Positions 13,251-26,990 of a stretch of 64,000 bases of DNA are shown piece by piece. Each line of letters begins with the position of its first letter. The first letter of the stretch is position 1. The DNA lies in contig CM022672.1 in NCBI GenBank assembly GCA_012295275.1, forward strand, positions 14,136,001-14,200,000, written 5' to 3'. The stretch is from Chrysomallon squamiferum. Its lineage: Eukaryota > Animalia > Mollusca. Position numbers and translations under genes: made by a program. The notes beneath the pieces are model-generated. The model was given only the letters and a program-made list of their open reading frames with translations. It did no database searches and had not been told where the DNA came from.

Positions 13251-14237
13251 TGAGATTTTAAATTAATCTGTCTGTTGTACATTTTTTGGTTAATTATAGA
13301 AAAGTAACGATGACAAATCATTTTCCATCCAGTATTTTTGGTCCTTTATGATATTCAGATAGATGACTTACAAGAGTTGTAGTTTATACGAGCTGAGAAT
13401 GTTCGATGACAATATGCACCAGGAATGTAATGAATATATTTATCTCTCACTTATTACGGTTTTCCAGACTTTTCTTGTAGGCGAATATAATATCATAGTG
13501 GTAACTGCATATAAGTTGATACAAAACACAAATATTCGATTGACAGCATGTCATCAGATATTTCCGGGTTTCACAGGTAATGGTTCTAGCAAATACAGCA
13601 GCAACAACAACTTCTTAATAATACTTTAGAATTAACGTTTAAGAGGCACCGAAAATTAAATTAATATTTTTATTTTTGTTGTTCCCACAAACATAACGTT
13701 TTCATAAAGAAAATAAAACCGATAGTTTTTCGAATGACCAACGAAGCTAGATTATTAAAACCGATAACGGTATAAAATTAATTTACTAGTATTTGGTAAC
13801 GACTGTAAGCTGCTTTAAAAAAAAAACACTTCACTGTTAACTGCTCGTATACATTTATTCATAAATTTCATTTAAGAGCACGTACTCGTGAACTGAAAAC
13901 GCAAACATAACCATCATTAAAAACTTTATCAGTATAAATTGTAGGTACTTGAGAATGTATCTATGTGTATGTCTTCTATATATATCTTTATATATCTGTG
14001 TGTGTGTAAATATAAACATAGTTATCGTTAGCATGTACATGTAAGTAAGTATACGTATATACATATGTGTATTTGTGTGTGTTTCGTATTTATCTAAATT
14101 ATACAATTGCTTATATGAAAACGGAAACATAACCAAACTTAAAAACTGTATCAGTATAAATTGTAGGTCTATGAGGATGCATCTATGTGCAGGTATGTCT
14201 GTATATATCTATTTGTCTCATTATCTCTCTCTTTCTC

Positions 14238-14283
<46 letters not shown>

Positions 14284-14375
14284 AAATATATTATCCGTAT
14301 AATGCACATGAAAATAGACGTATTTACATATGTGAATTTCTGTGTGTTTCGTATTTATCTAAATTATACAAATGC

Positions 14376-15521
14376 TTATATGTATATTTGTATGAATGAA
14401 TCTGGGATTCTACGTCTGAAAAAACAAAACAAAGAATAATTACATTTATTCACAATATATCCTGCTTCAGAGACACTGATAACTCCATCATCTGCAAGAC
14501 AAAATAAATTATTTTTATTTATTCATCTTCATCAACACTTCTTCTTCTTCCTTTCTCTTTTGTCTGTTCTTCTGCGCGCTATTGCGTATGAGTGTTCACT
14601 TTAAAGTGTAATAAAATCCAGTAAACGATGGGGGAAAACTGTATCATATACGAACATGTATTTAGTACGTGCTCTGCGACACGAGAAATGTTGGTCTGAA
14701 ATCACGAAAGCTGGGAAATTTATAGATAGAGGCATGATCCTAATTTCTATCTTGTTAGTATAAGTATTCGGTGTAGGTATTTTTCGATGCGCATTTCAGT
14801 GTCTGTTGGAGTCTGGGTAAGGATTTCTCAACGATAATTAATTACTTACTGTTACGATCTAAGAACGGCATGAGGTTATTTATTTCATTTTTCATGACAA
14901 AGCCATTACTGTCCTTGTCTACCCGCGTGAACACGTCTTCTGTGCTAATTCCCGCGCAGCGGTCCATCTCCTTTCTTGATACCTTACTGTCCTCTGTAGT
15001 GGGAAATACAGACAGAAATAGAAACTCAAAAACATCCACACAAGCCATGATTTTTCATGGAGTAGTGACACCGAACTTCGAGAACCGGTTATTCATGATG
15101 TAATATGTACAGTGTTTCATTAATTCACATATATCCTTCAGAGTAGTAAGTATTTTTTAAATACAACCAACAAATTGTTATTTTTTATTTATTTATTTAA
15201 TTAATCAGTATTAATCCCCCATTTAAAGTAATCAGTATTTTACAATATACGAACATATTTAAGTCCTACCCACACTGACAATCTGTAATACAGAGTTTAC
15301 CCACCTACATACTGATTTCAGACAAATAACATATGGAAAATTCAAAGACGCAAAATGTATCGAACCAGTCAGGATTGCAGTAATAAAACAACTATCTTGC
15401 TCAGCTTACTATTAAAATCACAAATCAGGAAAAGCTTCCAACATTCCTCGGTGTTAATTATATTATCATCATCGACGTCGAATTTCTTAACGATTTCAAT
15501 TCCGTCCACTTCTTCTTTCAT
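14376..15521 (-). CDS. Four-EF-hand calcium-binding protein, copy B (IMSP5-like architecture), apparently intact, 123 aa from this ATG
   Basis: Coding exons 15521-15410, 14993-14850 and 14491-14376 with canonical GT-AG and compatible phases. Protein MKEEVDGIEIVKKFDVDDDNIINTEECWKLFLICDFNKDSKVSRKEMDRCAGISTEDVFTRVDKDSNGFVMKNEINNLMPFLDRNNDGVISVSEAGYIVNKCNYSLFCFFRRRIPDSFIQIYI* contains four 12-residue D-x-D/N-x-D/N...E loops. The N-terminus may extend through exon 17868-17945. Confidence 0.8.
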
Positions 15522-16066
15522 CCTGAAACAATGATAATTACTACAACATCAACGTAATTGACACAACATCACCTCAGCACACGAATATAAAACGACACGA
15601 GCTTTCCTGGTGAAGACCACTGCCGAGTTTCCGACAGAACAAGCCAGTATAAACTGATACGTTAAAACGTCGTTTCTCGCACGTCAGGATAAGTTGCGGA
15701 ACAGAACATCAACGAATCCGGCACGATTCGTTTGTCAGCGTTAGAGCTGCTTCTGACATTTGAATGCAAAACTCTAAACATTAATATGACGTTAATCAAG
15801 TGCAAAAAAAATTAACATCTCTCTCGTACATCAGAGTCTTTCATTTTCGACTATTAATGATTCAAATTATAGAGAAATGAAAATTACACTGTGAGATAAA
15901 GGTGGCTGTTAACTCGTATTTCTAATTTGAATAATCAACAATAAAACTTTTGAAAAAGCAAACTTACTCTGCAAAACCAGTAACTGACAGCAACAGTAAC
16001 AAAGTGAACTTCATGATTTATCTGAAAATAATAATAATAATAATAATGACAGTAACAACAATAACG

Positions 16067-16098
<32 letters not shown>

Positions 16099-17230
16099 AA
16101 TAATAATAATAATAATAATACTGTATGAATTTGTATTTATATATCCAGAAGGTATTATCAGGTAATTCTGTTGCTGTTATGTGCTACATAGAAGAATTTA
16201 CACTAGCATATAAAATCCTGGTTATTGTTACTGTATTATATAGATCTAGACTGGAAAGGAAACATAGATGTAATTTGGTGGGGTTCTTTCGGGGGTATTT
16301 TGTCTTTTCACGCCATTCCACAAATACTCTGCATGGCTGACTTAAGAAAGACCAATGTGATAGGTACTCGATATACGTACTTCACGCCATTTTCCTAGAA
16401 GATCTCCATTTTTCTAATAAAATTAAGTGTACGTCAATAAAGTCTTGCTAATACCAATTTATTCTGCAATTTATCTACATTTGGCGATTTAGAAACATCT
16501 ATTTAACTGTATTTCATCTACTAATACATTCAAATACATTCCAATACATTCTTAACTCTATCTGCAATTAGAGATTAACTAATAATTATAAGTTTCAAGT
16601 AACTATTAAACAAAGAAAACACTCTTCACACTGTTACTTCTAACGAAAACTAAAAGAAAGCATCAAATCCTTATAACAGTGGTAATGGAATGGTAACCAT
16701 GGTATACTAGTGAAATGTAGCTCATCCTTCAGCGTTTGTTTTCGTCGCTTTACTAATATCCAGCCATTCATCCTGTTTATCACTTCTTTCCTACTTTGTA
16801 ACTTTTGTCTACATCATCCGAACGTTCTTCTCCCACAGATTCATTAATTTTACAATGAAGGATCGCGATCTTCAGCCTTAAGAATACTAAAAGCCCTACA
16901 GTTCTAAACAACCTGTATATGTTTGTTGTATTTAATACCGAATTGCCAAACCAAATTGAAAGATACGAAACTTACTAAATACAATCCATAGAAGATTATT
17001 ATTTTTAAAAAAAAACCCAAAAACCCAGTCTTTGTTAATATTTTCACTTTACCTTGACAGTAAATAATCGCCTAAAAATATTACCTTCAAAGCAGAATTT
17101 GTCTCAGCGAAAAGAATATTAAGATTCGATTTAAACGTGTATTTGAATACAGCTGTGAATGAATATCTATCTACTAACTTTTGTTTCTAATGCTAAAGAT
17201 ATAGAATCGCAAAAAAGAAAAATAACTTAC

Positions 17231-17296
17231 CTGTATAATTATACAGGTCGATAGTTGAGAATAAAATGGCGAGGTACTGCTGTGCTAGTATTTATA
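17231..17296 (-). promoter_or_regulatory. Candidate TATA box + initiator + short non-coding first exon for EF-hand copy B
   Basis: TATAAATA at 17296-17289. An Inr-like CCATTTT has its A at 17267, 29 nt downstream. A CAG|GTAAGT donor follows at 17230. Homologous blocks with degraded TATA occur at ~8900-8965 and ~26219-26275. Confidence 0.5.
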
Positions 17297-17867
17297 TTTG
17301 TCGTCCTTTTGCATAATCATAGCTATTCATTAGCCAAACTTTAAACACATAGATGTTATCTAATGAAATACATTATTTCAGTATGTAATTTTTTATATAT
17401 TTTTGTATTTGCATTCATAATAAAAACTGAAATAAAAGAAAACACTTAACAACCATCTAATTGCAGGATATCAGTTCTTGTAATACCAGCATCTATAACA
17501 GTAATTATAGAATTAATTATTGTAAACTAACAATTGGATGTAATTTTTTTAAATTAGAAATAAGACATTACAGATAAATTTTATAATATTACCTCTCTAA
17601 GCATCAGTCAGTGTTTGCATAACGCTTTTATCTTCAAACTTTTTCTCATTAAACGTATGACGCAATATGACCGTCGATTTAAAGTTTGTTTAATTTATTT
17701 TCAGTAAAATTTTACATTACTCCTTTCATGCTAGATTTGTGATATACTGTTCTGATATTTTTATGCCCACATGTATCAAATGGCTGTCATAAACACACAC
17801 ATATACACGCAAGCAGTATGAAAATAAAATAATTCTATTAGGTAGAACCTGAATGCCCCCATTTTAC

Positions 17868-17945
17868 CTTTTCATGACTGCAGTATTTACATCATCGCGA
17901 ACATGGCGGACAGATACCTTTACTTGTATCCACAACATCAGAAGT
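17868..17945 (-). other. Candidate upstream coding exon (78 nt, phase 2-2) of EF-hand copy B
   Basis: cacag|A CTT CTG ATG TTG TGG...ATG AAA AG|gtaaaa reads LLMLWIQVKVSVRHVRDDVNTAVMK(R). Its phase fits the acceptor at 15522. Homologs lie at 9632-9708, 19387-19443, 21073-21129 and 26824-26901. Confidence 0.5.
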
Positions 17946-20147
17946 CTGTGCGTATTATATAACAGGGTTAATGGAATTTAATGAAAAAAAATAATTCAAG
18001 ACAAAACGTGTCCACACACACAAACACACACACACCCACACAAACACACACACACACACACACACACACATCTGCATAAGTCCAGGCGGAACTACAAGAA
18101 ACCGACACATAACGATATTCAGCAATGCACGTTTTTCAGTCTGAGTACAGTTATTTAAGAGGAATCGAAAATCAAATGATATTGTTTCTCAGTCCCACAT
18201 TAAACACGTTTTCATGACGAAAACGAAATGATAGTATAATCGTAGAACTGTTTTCCAAATGACCAGTGAAGCTAGATAATTAAAACAGATAACTGTTTGT
18301 AAATAAGATAGTAACACAAAAATATAACATTTCACCGTTAACTATTCGTATATATTCATTCAGAAATGTCTCTTTTTTTTTTCTCTCGTTTATTTCATTT
18401 ACAAAGCATTCTTCTGGAAGAAAATATAAACCGGTGTCATTTCAGTGGTCCGCCACGATCAGTTAATTTGGCTTTTGATTAAGCAAAAAGAACAGAAGTA
18501 ATAATGCATAGAAATGAAGCGTGCGTTTGAAGATAATTTTGCTATATAATAAGAACCAATAAGATTTCCTATTTTACTATGTAGGTCGATGACTGATAGC
18601 AAAATGGCCAGGTTCTTCTATGTAAGTGGTCATATATGTTCTTTCACATAATCATACTCAGCAGTTACATTTCTGAACATATAAGTTATACTCAGACAAA
18701 TGATATATATCTGTATTTCATATGAAGCTATGATTAGAAAATGAAATAAAAGAAAACAGTTAACAACTATGTAGTAACAGTATATTAGTTCTTGAAGTGC
18801 CAGCATCTAAAACAGTAGCTACAGTACTAGTTACTGTAAAATGAGAATAGAAGATAATTTCAGAAAATTAGAAATAACAGATGACAGAGAACTTTTTGAG
18901 ACATTTTATAATATAATCTCTCCAAACATCAGTCAGTCTTTCCACAACGCTGAAATCTTCAAACCTTCTCCCATAAAATGTACGACGCAAAATATCCGTC
19001 GATTTAACATTTTCTAATTTCATCTTCAATAAAATATTACTTTCATCCGAAGTTTGTGACAGATTCATTTGATATTTTTATGTCCATATGAATCAAATGG
19101 CTGTTTTACAAAACACAGACACACACACACACATAAAAACGGATGCATACAGACACACACATATGGCAAAAAAGAAATATATATCAGAAGCGTATATCTT
19201 CAGATCTGTAGTGTGTGGTTTGGGGGGGATGCTTCCGCCTCTGACAAATTTTAATTGCTGCGGTTTCAGTGAATAGTTTAATAAACTCATCTTTTCATTT
19301 TATTATTTCTCTGCGTCTTTTTTGTCTCTTATAAGGTAGGAAAAAAATATATAATATTTCAAAGTAGCCGAATGTCGCCATTTTGTCTTTTCACGACTGG
19401 AATATTTACGTCATCGTGTACTTGTTTGGACAACAGTACAAGTCTGTCGTGTGATAGGTAAAAGAAAAATTAAAATTAAATTAAAGATAAAATTCCCATT
19501 TCCATCCAGTGCTTATTGAGAACGGATTGGAAACAGTAAATGTTGCCCTCTGTTGTGGTTTGCATTGCATTCCCCTCTGTGTCACAGTGTATCTGTGCCA
19601 AACCTGAAAAAGATAGAAATTTTGTAGGCAGTGACGCATGTCTGTCCGTGTGATAGGTAAAACAAACAAAAAATTAAAATTAAATAAAAAAAAAATTTAA
19701 AATAAAATAAAACAAAAATACACTGATTCCTCGCTCGCATCCATTTCTGTCCAGTACTTAGTGAGAACAGTGTACCTCTGCCAAAAGATAGCAATTTCAA
19801 TAAATTCAAGCCTTGCGTTAGTGACGCGGAGCCAAGTCCTGTACCTAAGCATGGCATTCAGTTGAAAGTGTGGAGAGATTGTGTCCTAAAGGTGTATGAA
19901 TATATTATGTGAGTTATAATATGAGAAATACTAGTTTGAAAGCTTTAGATTTACAACTCGTAAGAGAGAACGACGGATCGATAACTAGCATCAGTTTGAA
20001 AAGAAATCACAAAATTTGGGAAACACACAAAGAGCTTGATCTCATCTATTATACTTTTAGTTTAAGGACAAGGTAGAGTATTTTTGAATGCGCACGTGAA
20101 AGGTGTTCGGGTTTCGATGTGGATGTTTGAAATATATGAATTATTTA

Positions 20148-20239
20148 TGACTACGATCGTAGAATTTTTCTTTCCTTTCTGCATTGGATTCCTGTGTTAT
20201 CTCGTTCACAGAGGTCTGACCGTGTTGTCATATCGTCCT
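20148..20239 (-). pseudogene. Degenerate middle exon of EF-hand gene family
   Basis: atag|AG GAC GAT ATG ACA ACA..TCA GAC CTC TGT is homologous to ag|AG GAC AGT AAG GTA...GAC CGC TGC. It is internally deleted, frameshifted and has lost its donor. Confidence 0.55.
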
Positions 20240-20828
20240 CTATATGGGGGATGTAAACGTTAGTGTAACCGGCGCGACAAAACAAGCTGGCATAGATGTC
20301 ATCTAATGAAATATATTATTTCAATATGTATATTTTGTTTGTTTGTTTTTTGTATGCTTAATTAGAAATGACAAAAAAGAAAACAATTGATAACCATGTA
20401 ATAACAGGATATTGGTTGTCGCAGTACCAGCATCTATAACAGTAACTACAGCACTAACTCTTGAAAAATTATTGAGACATTTTATAATATAATCTCTCTA
20501 AGCATCAGTCAGTCTTTGCAGGACGCTGAAATCTTCAAACCTTGTCTCGTAAAATATACGACGCATTCTCACTGTCGATTTAAAGTTTTCTAAATTCATC
20601 TTCAATAAAATATTACTTCCATCCTAGGTTTGTGACAGATGCATTTGATATTTTTATGTCCACAAGAATCAAATAGCTGTTTTACAAAACACACACATAC
20701 AATCACACAGACACACACACAGAGGCACACACACGAAGAAACATACACACACACACAGACGGACGTGTACAGAAACACACGCATGGCAAGAACAATATAT
20801 ATACCAGAAGCGTATATGTTCTGATCTT

Positions 20829-20916
<88 letters not shown>

Positions 20917-21619
20917 GCGTCTGAACAGTTTTTATTGCTTTGGATTGAATGAATACTTTAATAAATGCAACTCTTCATGTTATTACTTCTTAGCGTGTTT
21001 TCGTCTCTTATAAGGTAGTGAAAAAACCCCAATATAACAATGTTACAAAGCAGCCGAATGTCGCCATTTTACCTTTTCACCACTGGAGTATTTACGTCAT
21101 CATGTATTTGTTAGGACAGTAGTACAAGTCTGTCGTGTGATATGTAAAAGAAAAATTAAATTTAAATTAAAGATAAAATTCCCATTTCCATCCAGTGCTT
21201 ATTGAGAACGGACTGGAAAGAGTAAATGTTGTGGTATGCATTGCATGCCCCTCTGTGTCACAGTGTCTGTGTCAACCTGAAAAAGATAGCAATTTTCAGT
21301 TGATTCAAGCCTTGCGGACAGTGAGGCAGTGCGGATGCTAGTATCTAAGCATTGCAAATTTAGTTGTGGGAGAGCTTGTATCATAAAGGCGTACATACTA
21401 TGTGGGTGATAACATGAGAAATGTTGGTTTGAAAGCTTTAGATATATAATTCATAACGGTAACTGGCATCAGTTTCAAAAGAAATCACGAAATTTGGAAA
21501 ATAGAAAGAGCTTGGTCTTATTTATTATATTGTTAGTATAAGGATTAGGATGAGTATTTTTTCATGCGGACTTGTATGTGTTCTTGTGTGGATATGGATG
21601 TTTGAAATATATGAATTAC

Positions 21620-21698
21620 TTATGACTGTGATCGCAGAATTTTTCTTTGTTATAACGTTCACAGCGGTCTGACTCTTTCTTTGTTGTCATATCGTCCT
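21620..21698 (-). pseudogene. Degenerate middle exon of EF-hand gene family
   Basis: Reads DDMTTKKESDRCERYNKEKFCDHSH versus DSKVSRKEMDRCAG...FLDRN in copy B, with a large internal deletion. Another fragment lies at ~27130-27188. Confidence 0.6.
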
Positions 21699-22399
21699 CT
21701 ATATCGGGCATGTTAACGTCAGTCAAAACTCGTCCATGCCTATATCGTCAGAATAAGGGCAACAGAACGTCAACGAAACCGAAACATTTATCAGATTTGG
21801 TAGAGTCTAAGTTGCAAGATTAAGAATTACTTTCACCGATAAAAAATACGTATACAGAACGAGGTTATCTGAAAATTAATATATAACTTACATATCAGAA
21901 TGTTTTAATGATTTAAGTATATGATTTGAAAAAGAAAACAAACCTTGGAAAACTATGATTGGCCTCGGTGAACAACAAAGGGAACTTCATGCTTTATCTC
22001 AAACAATAACAATAAGAACGAAATACATCACAATGAAAGAAGAATTTTTCTAAAGTTTTGCTTAGAAAATAAATATATACTAACTTGTGTTTCTATTAAT
22101 AAATGTAGTTAAGAAAACAAAATGAATGGCCAATGGCATTTTCTATACAAGTCTTCATATACATAATCATACGTATTCAAATGTTAACTTTTTAAACACG
22201 CAGTTATTGAAAAGAAATCTTCATATATTTTGACATGTCATTAATTATGATCATCTTTGTATTTCAAATATATATTTGTTTGTATTTAAATAAATAAAAC
22301 ACTTAACACTGTATAATGTGTAGAATATGTTGTGTACTTTCATCTTTATATATATCAACTTTGTGTTTCAAAAATATAAATATAACACTGTATTTCAGA

Positions 22400-22909
22400 A
22401 AATTAAAATAAAGATTTCATAACATTTTATAATATCAGTCTAAGCATTAATCAGTCACTGCATAATGCTGAAACCTTCAAATTTGTTCTCATCAAAAATA
22501 TATATCAATATAACCATGAATTAAAGGTTTGCTAAATTCATCTTCAATAAAACATTATTACTTTCATCCATTGACCCTAGATTTGTGACAGACAATTTTC
22601 TTTTTTATGTCCACATGAATCAAATGGAAGTCACGCAAACACCGACACACCAAGAAACAGAAATATATATCAGATGTGTGCGTGTATTCAGATTTGTAGT
22701 GTGTATGTATTTCAGTGTGTCTTTGTGTCCATGACTGTGCGTCTGTGTACGCTTCTCAAAAATTCAAATTTAATTGTTTTTAATTCTGAGTTTATAACTG
22801 TGAAACCAGCAAACGATGACATTTCTTTATTGTTACGTTACTATCTTGTCAAACCCATAAATATAATTTAACTATAAAAATATGGTATTGGCACATTTTT
22901 ATTTAAATC

Positions 22910-22954
<45 letters not shown>

Positions 22955-23835
22955 TGACACTTTAAAGTAATGTGTCTGTTGTTTACTTTTAGGTAAATTA
23001 TTTATAGAAAAGTACGCATGACAGATCATTGTTTATAAAGGTTTTATGATCTTTTAAATTATTTATTCAAAACTGCACTTCAGTGGATTTCATTTCGCAT
23101 GTTTGCAGTGAATTTTTTTTTATGTTTGTGTATCACCGAGTAAATACTAGAGCTTTTAAAATGCAATGGATCAGTTGTTATTAGGTCCATAAAAATGTTA
23201 TAGTTACATGACTTACAAGAGTAGTATTTATTTACGAGCTGAGAATGTTCGGTGACAATATGCATCAGGAATATAATGAATATATTTGTCTCTCACTTAT
23301 TACTATTTTCCAGACTTTCCTTATAGGTGAATATAATATCACAATGGTAACTGTACATAAGTAGATAAAAAAAACACAAATATTCGACTGACAGCATGTT
23401 AACAGATGTGTCCGGGTTTCACAGGTAATGGTTCTAGCAAACCCACAGCAACAACAACTTCTTAATAATACTCTAAAATTCACGTTTAAATGGCACCGAA
23501 AATTAAATTAACATTTTTTTATCAATCTTATTCTCACAATATTAACATTTTCATAACGAAAATAAAACTGATAGTTTTTCGAATGACCAACGAAGCTAGG
23601 TTATTAAAACCGATAACGGTATAAAATTAATTTACTAGTATTTGGTAACGACTGTAAGCTGCTTAAAAAAAAAAAAACACTTCACTGTTAACTGCTCGTA
23701 TACATTTATTCAAAATTTCATTTAAGAGCACGTACTCGTGAACTGAAAACGCAAACATAACCATTATTAAAAACTTTATCAATATAAATTATAGGTCCTG
23801 AGGATGCATCTATGTGTATGTCTGTCTGTATATAT

Positions 23836-23930
<95 letters not shown>

Positions 23931-25252
23931 AACATAAATATATTATCTTTATAATGCACATGTAAGTATTCTTATTTGCATATGTGAATTTCTGTGTGTT
24001 TCGTATTTATCTAAATTATACAAACGCTTATAGGAATATTTGTAGGAATGAATCTCAGATTCTTTGTATGAAAAAAATATTTACGCTCATTCACAACAGA
24101 TGCTACTTCAGAGACACTCTCCTGCAAGACAAAATAAATTATTTTTATTTATTCTTCGTCATCAACACTTTCTTGTTGTTCTTGTTGTTCTTCTTCTTCC
24201 TTTCTTTTCTGTCTTTCCTTTTGTTTCTTATTACATATGATTGTTCACTTTATTTATTACTTACCATCAAGATCTAGGAACTGTTTGAGATTATTCTGTT
24301 CATTTCTCATGATAAAGCCATTACTGTCCACGTCTAACTTACTGAACTGCGGTGCTGTGTTAACTGAAGTCCAACTCGCTTTTTATTATTCTTTTTTCCT
24401 CTATAGTGGGAAATACAGAGATAAATAGAAACACAAATGTCCACACAAGCCATGCTTTTTCATGGAATAATGACACCGAACTTCGAGAATCAGTTACTGA
24501 TGATGCAATATACGAAGACATTTAATTTAAAGTTATATCCACACTGACAATCTATACAGAGTTTACCGATTTCAGACAAATAATATTTGGAAAATTTAAA
24601 GACTCAAAATGTATCGAACCAGGCAGGATTGCAGTAATACAACAACCCTCTTGCTCAGCTTACTAGTAAAATCACAAATCAGGAAAAGCTTCCAAAATTC
24701 CTCGGTGTTAATTATATTATCATCATCGACGTCGAATTTCTTAACGATTTCAATTCCGTCCACTTCTTCTTTCATCCTGAAATTTCCGACAGGACTACAA
24801 CATCAATTCAGCAAAACTGAAACGTCAGATTTCCGACAGGACAATTCAGCAAAACTGAAACGTCAAAACGTCAGCGTAAATGACGAGACAAAACACGAGT
24901 TGACATTAGGATAAGTTGCGGAACAGAACATCAGTGAAACCGGCACGATATATTCACCAGCGTTAAGGCTATAACTGGCATTTGAATGCATAAATATGCA
25001 CATTTCTATGACATTAATAAAATGCAAAAAAGTTAATATCTATCTCGTATGTCAGAGTTTTTCATTTTCCTTTACAATTGATTTAAGTATAGAGAAATCA
25101 AAGTTACATTATGTGGTAAAGGTGACTGATAACTTATAGTATTTCTAATTTCAATAATCTACAATAACAGTTATGAAAAAGAAAACTTACTTTGCAAAAC
25201 CAGTGACTGATAGCAACAATAATAACAATGCGAAGCTCATGATTTATCTGAA

Positions 25253-25291
<39 letters not shown>

Positions 25292-26990
25292 CAACAACAA
25301 CAGCAACAACAACAACAACATCAACAATAATAATAATAATAATAATACTGTATGAATTAGTTATATTTATATATCTAGAAGGCATTTTCAGGTAATGCTT
25401 CTTTTCAGTTCTGTTTTTCTGATGTGCTACATAACATGCCTCTTCTTCCTCAAAGAAGACGAATTTACAGTAGAATATAAAATTCTGGTTAGTGAATTAT
25501 ATGGATCTGCACAGGAAAGGAAACAGAGTCGTAATTTGTTGTTGTTGATTATTTGGGGGCTAGTTGTTTCTTTTCACGCCTGTTTCACAAATACTCTTTA
25601 TGATTGACCGAAAAAGACGAATGTGGTAGGTGCTTGGTATCACTACTTCGCCGTCATTTTTCTGGATGATCACCATTTTTTAATAAAATTCAGAAACATA
25701 AAATTCAAAATGAAACATCAAATCCTTATAACAATGGTAATGGAATGGTAAAGATGATATACTAGAGAAATGTAGCTCATCCTTCAGCGTTTGTTTTCGT
25801 CGCTTTACTAATATCCAGCCATTCATCCTGTTTATCACTTCTTTCCTACTTTGTAACTTTTGTCTGCATCAGCCGAAATGTACGTTCTTCTCCCACAGAT
25901 TCATTAATTTTACATTGAAGGATCGCGATCTTCAGCCTTAAGAATACTAAAAGCCCTACAGTTCTAAACAACCTGTATATGTTTGTTGTATTTAATACCA
26001 ACTTCGCAAGCCAAATTGAAAAATACGAAACTTACTAAATACAGTCCTTGGAACATTATGATTTCAATGAAGCAATCTTTGTTAACGAAAATTGTTACCT
26101 TCAAAACAGAATTTGTCCCAGAGAAATGAGAATTGAGGTTTGATTTAAACTTTTACTTGAATGGAATTGTGAATGAATATCTATCTACTAACTTTTGGGA
26201 AAAACGAAAAACGACTTACAGGTCGATAGTGGATAACAAAATGGCGAGATACAGCTGAGCTAGTGTTTATGTATGTCGTCTTTTTGCATAATCATACATA
26301 TTCATTAGCTAAACTTTAAACACATAGATGTCATCTAATCAAATATGTTATTTCAGTATGTAAAATTATATATTTTTTATTTGTATGCATAATCAAAAAT
26401 GAAATAAAAGAAAACATTTAACAACCACGTAATAACAGGATATTAGTGGTTGCAGTGCCAGCATCTATAACAGTAACTACAGTGCTAAGTGTTGTAAAAT
26501 GACAAAAGAAGATAATTTCAGAGAGTTATAAATAAGAGATTTTTGTAATATCATCTCACCAGACATCAGTCATTCACTGCATAACTCTTTTAATCTTCAA
26601 ACTTTCTCTCATAAAGCGTAATAGAACTGTCGATTTAAAGTTTGATTAATTCATTTTCAATAGAACTTTACATCACTCCTTTGATCCTAGATTTATGATA
26701 TACTGTTCTGATATTTTTATGCCCACATGTATCAAATGGCTGTCATAAACACACACATATACACGCACGCAGTATGAAAATAAAATAATTCTATTAGGTA
26801 GAACCTGAATGCCCCCATTTTACCTTTTCATGACTGCAGTATTTACATCATCGCGAACATAGCGGACAGATACCTTTACTTGCATCCACAACATCAGAAG
26901 TCTGTGCGTATTATATAACAGGGTTAATGAAATTTGAAGAAAAAAAATAAGGATGCCAAAAAATTATGTTATGTGTGTATGTCTGTTTGT
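22400..26990. repeat. Segmental duplicate of ~12720-17990 (unit C vs unit B of the array)
   Basis: Long near-identical collinear stretches: 13020-13940 vs 22780-23790, 15310-15525 vs 24565-24780, 16710-16990 vs 25768-26045, 17730-17975 vs 26685-26930. Confidence 0.92.
24030..24775 (-). pseudogene. Four-EF-hand calcium-binding protein, copy C, pseudogene
   Basis: Exon 24775-24664 is nearly identical to copy B (MKEEVDGIEIVKKFDVDDDNIINTEEFWKLFLICDFT). The middle exon 24400-24265 is 136 nt instead of 144 and has an in-frame TAA. The terminal exon from 24121 has lost the DGVI codons. Confidence 0.85.

Larger units (their letters stand above)
18700..21720. repeat. Tandem sub-duplication (~1.5-1.7 kb units) within the EF-hand array
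   Basis: ~18700-20280 and ~20290-21720 align block by block, e.g. 19370-19520 vs 21050-21210 and 19980-20170 vs 21455-21650. Each ends in a degenerate EF-hand middle exon. Confidence 0.85.
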
